From positions 1 to 35,856 of IMG/VR virus record IMGVR_UViG_3300037789_000045: 35,856 nt of DNA; one strand, given 5' to 3'. Source of the stretch: a virus. Lineage: Duplodnaviria; Caudoviricetes. Positions 33,897 through 35,856 of the stretch are shown piece by piece (position 1 is the first letter of the stretch; the number at the start of each line of letters is the position of its first letter). The notes beneath the pieces were generated by a model that was not told the origin of the DNA, did not search any database, and worked only from the letters and a program-made list of their open reading frames with translations. The position numbers and the translations under genes are program-made.

Positions 33897-35856
33897 CTTT
33901 GCACCCCTAAAATTCTGTCTTCACGCTGCTTAATTGTAATAAACCTTGCTGCATCGTCTTCAATACCGATCATAACATCAGTTTCAGTTTTCGAATTGCC
34001 CCCGCCTTCAAATTGTAAATCCTGCATAATCCCCGCAAATGTAGGGGTTAAGGCTTTTGGAACGACCATTTCTCCAGGCTCTAATACGGCTGGTATTCTA
34101 TCACCCCCCCCAAAGCCAGGCACTATCCCGCCTTGCTGCGCTGCGATAGTGCCAATTAATTCAGGAAGGGCTGTAGCGGCAACAATACCAGCTTGCACCT
34201 TACCCATAGCAATTCGCTGTGCTGCGATAGCTTCACCAGCAGGGGGCGGGATGGTAGCAATAGCCAATGATGCCGCCTGTTGAGCATTCATAATGATTTT
34301 GGCAATTGTCACGCCTTTTTCGGCTAGGAAAAGCGCAGTTTGAGCCGCCTTATTATCTCCTACAATTTGATTGAGGGCTTTAAAAGATGAGTCGACAATA
34401 ACAGCGTCAAGCTGCTCTTCGGCTTTGGCACGATCTTGCTTTAGCTTTTCTAGTGTTTTTTCATGCTTGGTTCTTTCGGTTTGCTGCTTCTTCTGCGCGT
34501 CCTTTTCATTTTTCAATAACTCAGCAGAGCGCTCTCTTTGCCGCTCTACAGTCTCTTCAAACTGCTCTTCTGTTTGTTGCTCAAGAGGGCGGGATAAGCC
34601 GGCTTCCTGATCCGCTTCCAAAGACTCAATGCGCAAGGCTCTCTCTTCTTCTAGCCCCTCGGCTAAAATCGAGTTCTTTTGCTGCTGAAAGTCTCTTTGA
34701 CGCTCAAGTGCTGCTTCTGCCTCTTCATCCGTGGTGGTGAAAAAGTCCAATCCTTGGCGGGCTAAATCTTCACCAATAGCCGCGTTTACATCTTGATTCC
34801 CTCTTGCTTGCGCCGCATTCCCTAATAGCTGAGACCGCCTATCTTCTGAAAGGAATGGAAGTCTTGCAAGCCCCTCATTTGTAGACGCTACCAAACCATC
34901 AAAGGCAGATTGTACCTGCTTTACACCAGACAAAAGGAACGCAATCGCTGATCCAAACGTCTCTTTAATAATTGTGGCAACACCAGAAACAATAACACCA
35001 AGAGCCTCAAAGCCTTCAGTAAGATTAATAATCTGTGTTGTCGATTCCTCAACAAAAGCAATGACCGCAGGAGCAACCAACTCGCCAAGAGCAACAGTGG
35101 CGGCTTCTATAGCGCCATTCATGCGCCTAATTTTATCTTCAGCAGTTTCTGTTTTTGCTGCTAGTGCGTCCTGAAATGTTGCCGCGCTTTGTGCTTCGTT
35201 TCCTAATGCGGTTAATGTATCTGCAAACTCATCTGATTGATTCCCTGCAAGGGCTGTAACAACATTAAGAGCCTCAACAGATCCGAACAACCTACCAAGG
35301 GAATCTTTATTAAAGTTCGCGCTTTGTGTAATTTCGTCAATAAATCCAGCTAAACCTTTAGAGCGCAAAGCAGCAGCATCAAACTGTATACCAAGCATAG
35401 CGGCTTCGTCTGCTGCGTCTTTTGTTGGTTTAATAACATTTGAGAAAACAGCCTTAAGGCCAGTAAAAGCCTCACTTGTCTTAATCCCCGCCGTTGTCGA
35501 TGCCGACACAGCGGCTAAAAGCTCGTTAAGCGACACGCCAAGAGAAGCAGCTATAGGGGCGGCTTGACCGATTGAGCCTGAAAGTTCTTCAATCGTAGTT
35601 TTACCGAATTTCTGAGCAGTAAAGAACGCCTCGCTTACAGCCTGTGCATTTTCACCTTCAAGATTATACGCATTTAGGGCGGAGGTAAGACCATCAACAG
35701 CTACGCTAGTGCTTGTTGCACCAGCTTTAGCTAAGTCTGTGGCAGTTTTTAACACGCCGATAGCATCATCGGCAGCAACACCAGCCGAAATAAGGTCAAA
35801 TAGCCCTTTGTTTAGATTGTCAAACGTCTCACCAGTAGACGCTCTTAATTCAAGTA
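33893..35856 (-). CDS. Tail tape measure protein, 3' part (TP901-like core)
   Basis: GKTT..EL...G...P.A..LGVSL.E; C-terminal GG.VPG.G.GD..PA.L.PGE.V. Confidence 0.92.
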   Translation of the reverse strand, partial: LELRASTGETFDNLNKGLFDLISAGVAADDAIGVLKTATDLAKAGATSTSVAVDGLTSALNAYNLEGENAQAVSEAFFTAQKFGKTTIEELSGSIGQAAPIAASLGVSLNELLAAVSASTTAGIKTSEAFTGLKAVFSNVIKPTKDAADEAAMLGIQFDAAALRSKGLAGFIDEITQSANFNKDSLGRLFGSVEALNVVTALAGNQSDEFADTLTALGNEAQSAATFQDALAAKTETAEDKIRRMNGAIEAATVALGELVAPAVIAFVEESTTQIINLTEGFEALGVIVSGVATIIKETFGSAIAFLLSGVKQVQSAFDGLVASTNEGLARLPFLSEDRRSQLLGNAAQARGNQDVNAAIGEDLARQGLDFFTTTDEEAEAALERQRDFQQQKNSILAEGLEEERALRIESLEADQEAGLSRPLEQQTEEQFEETVERQRERSAELLKNEKDAQKKQQTERTKHEKTLEKLKQDRAKAEEQLDAVIVDSSFKALNQIVGDNKAAQTALFLAEKGVTIAKIIMNAQQAASLAIATIPPPAGEAIAAQRIAMGKVQAGIVAATALPELIGTIAAQQGGIVPGFGGGDRIPAVLEPGEMVVPKALTPTFAGIMQDLQFEGGGNSKTETDVMIGIEDDAARFITIKQREDRILGVQR
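35730..35856. repeat. Terminal direct repeat copy 2 (assembly overlap)
   Basis: Identical to 1-127. Confidence 0.97.

Noticed and set aside
35730-35856. Biological terminal repeat or att site
   Set aside because: Exactly 127 bp and in the middle of the tape-measure gene; typical assembler overlap

Overview
This window is an apparently complete, circularly permuted ~35.7-kb tailed-phage genome. Bases 1-127 equal 35730-35856, an assembly overlap, so the true length is 35,729 bp and the tape-measure gene spans the join. It looks like a siphovirus with a Mu-like head module, and GapR/DUF2312 plus an RcGTA-type spike base suggest an alphaproteobacterial host. The minus strand carries GapR, two DNA methyltransferases, a replication initiator, TerS, accessory genes, TerL, a portal-X-MuF fusion, protease/scaffold, capsid, neck and tail genes, then after the join the tail tip, tail fibre, lysis cassette and a head-spike pair. 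The plus strand carries two early blocks: RecE/RecT/LexA-like at 18.7-23.3 kb, and a small-gene cassette at 1.2-3.5 kb that interrupts the tail operon. No integrase, tRNA or CRISPR array was recognised. Main leads: (1) a head-spike base and a 1336-aa spike fibre/esterase that both carry Sec-type signal peptides and sit behind the spanins; (2) a GANTC-containing TTGASTCAA palindrome forming the -35 box of seven promoter-like sites; (3) a candidate ~65-nt sRNA complementary to the GAGGAAG ribosome-binding motif shared by genes under those promoters; (4) a portal polyprotein with an A10 run and LxE motifs at a domain junction; (5) a three-way-junction RNA upstream of a MazG-like gene. All family assignments come from motif recognition by eye; no database searches were run.
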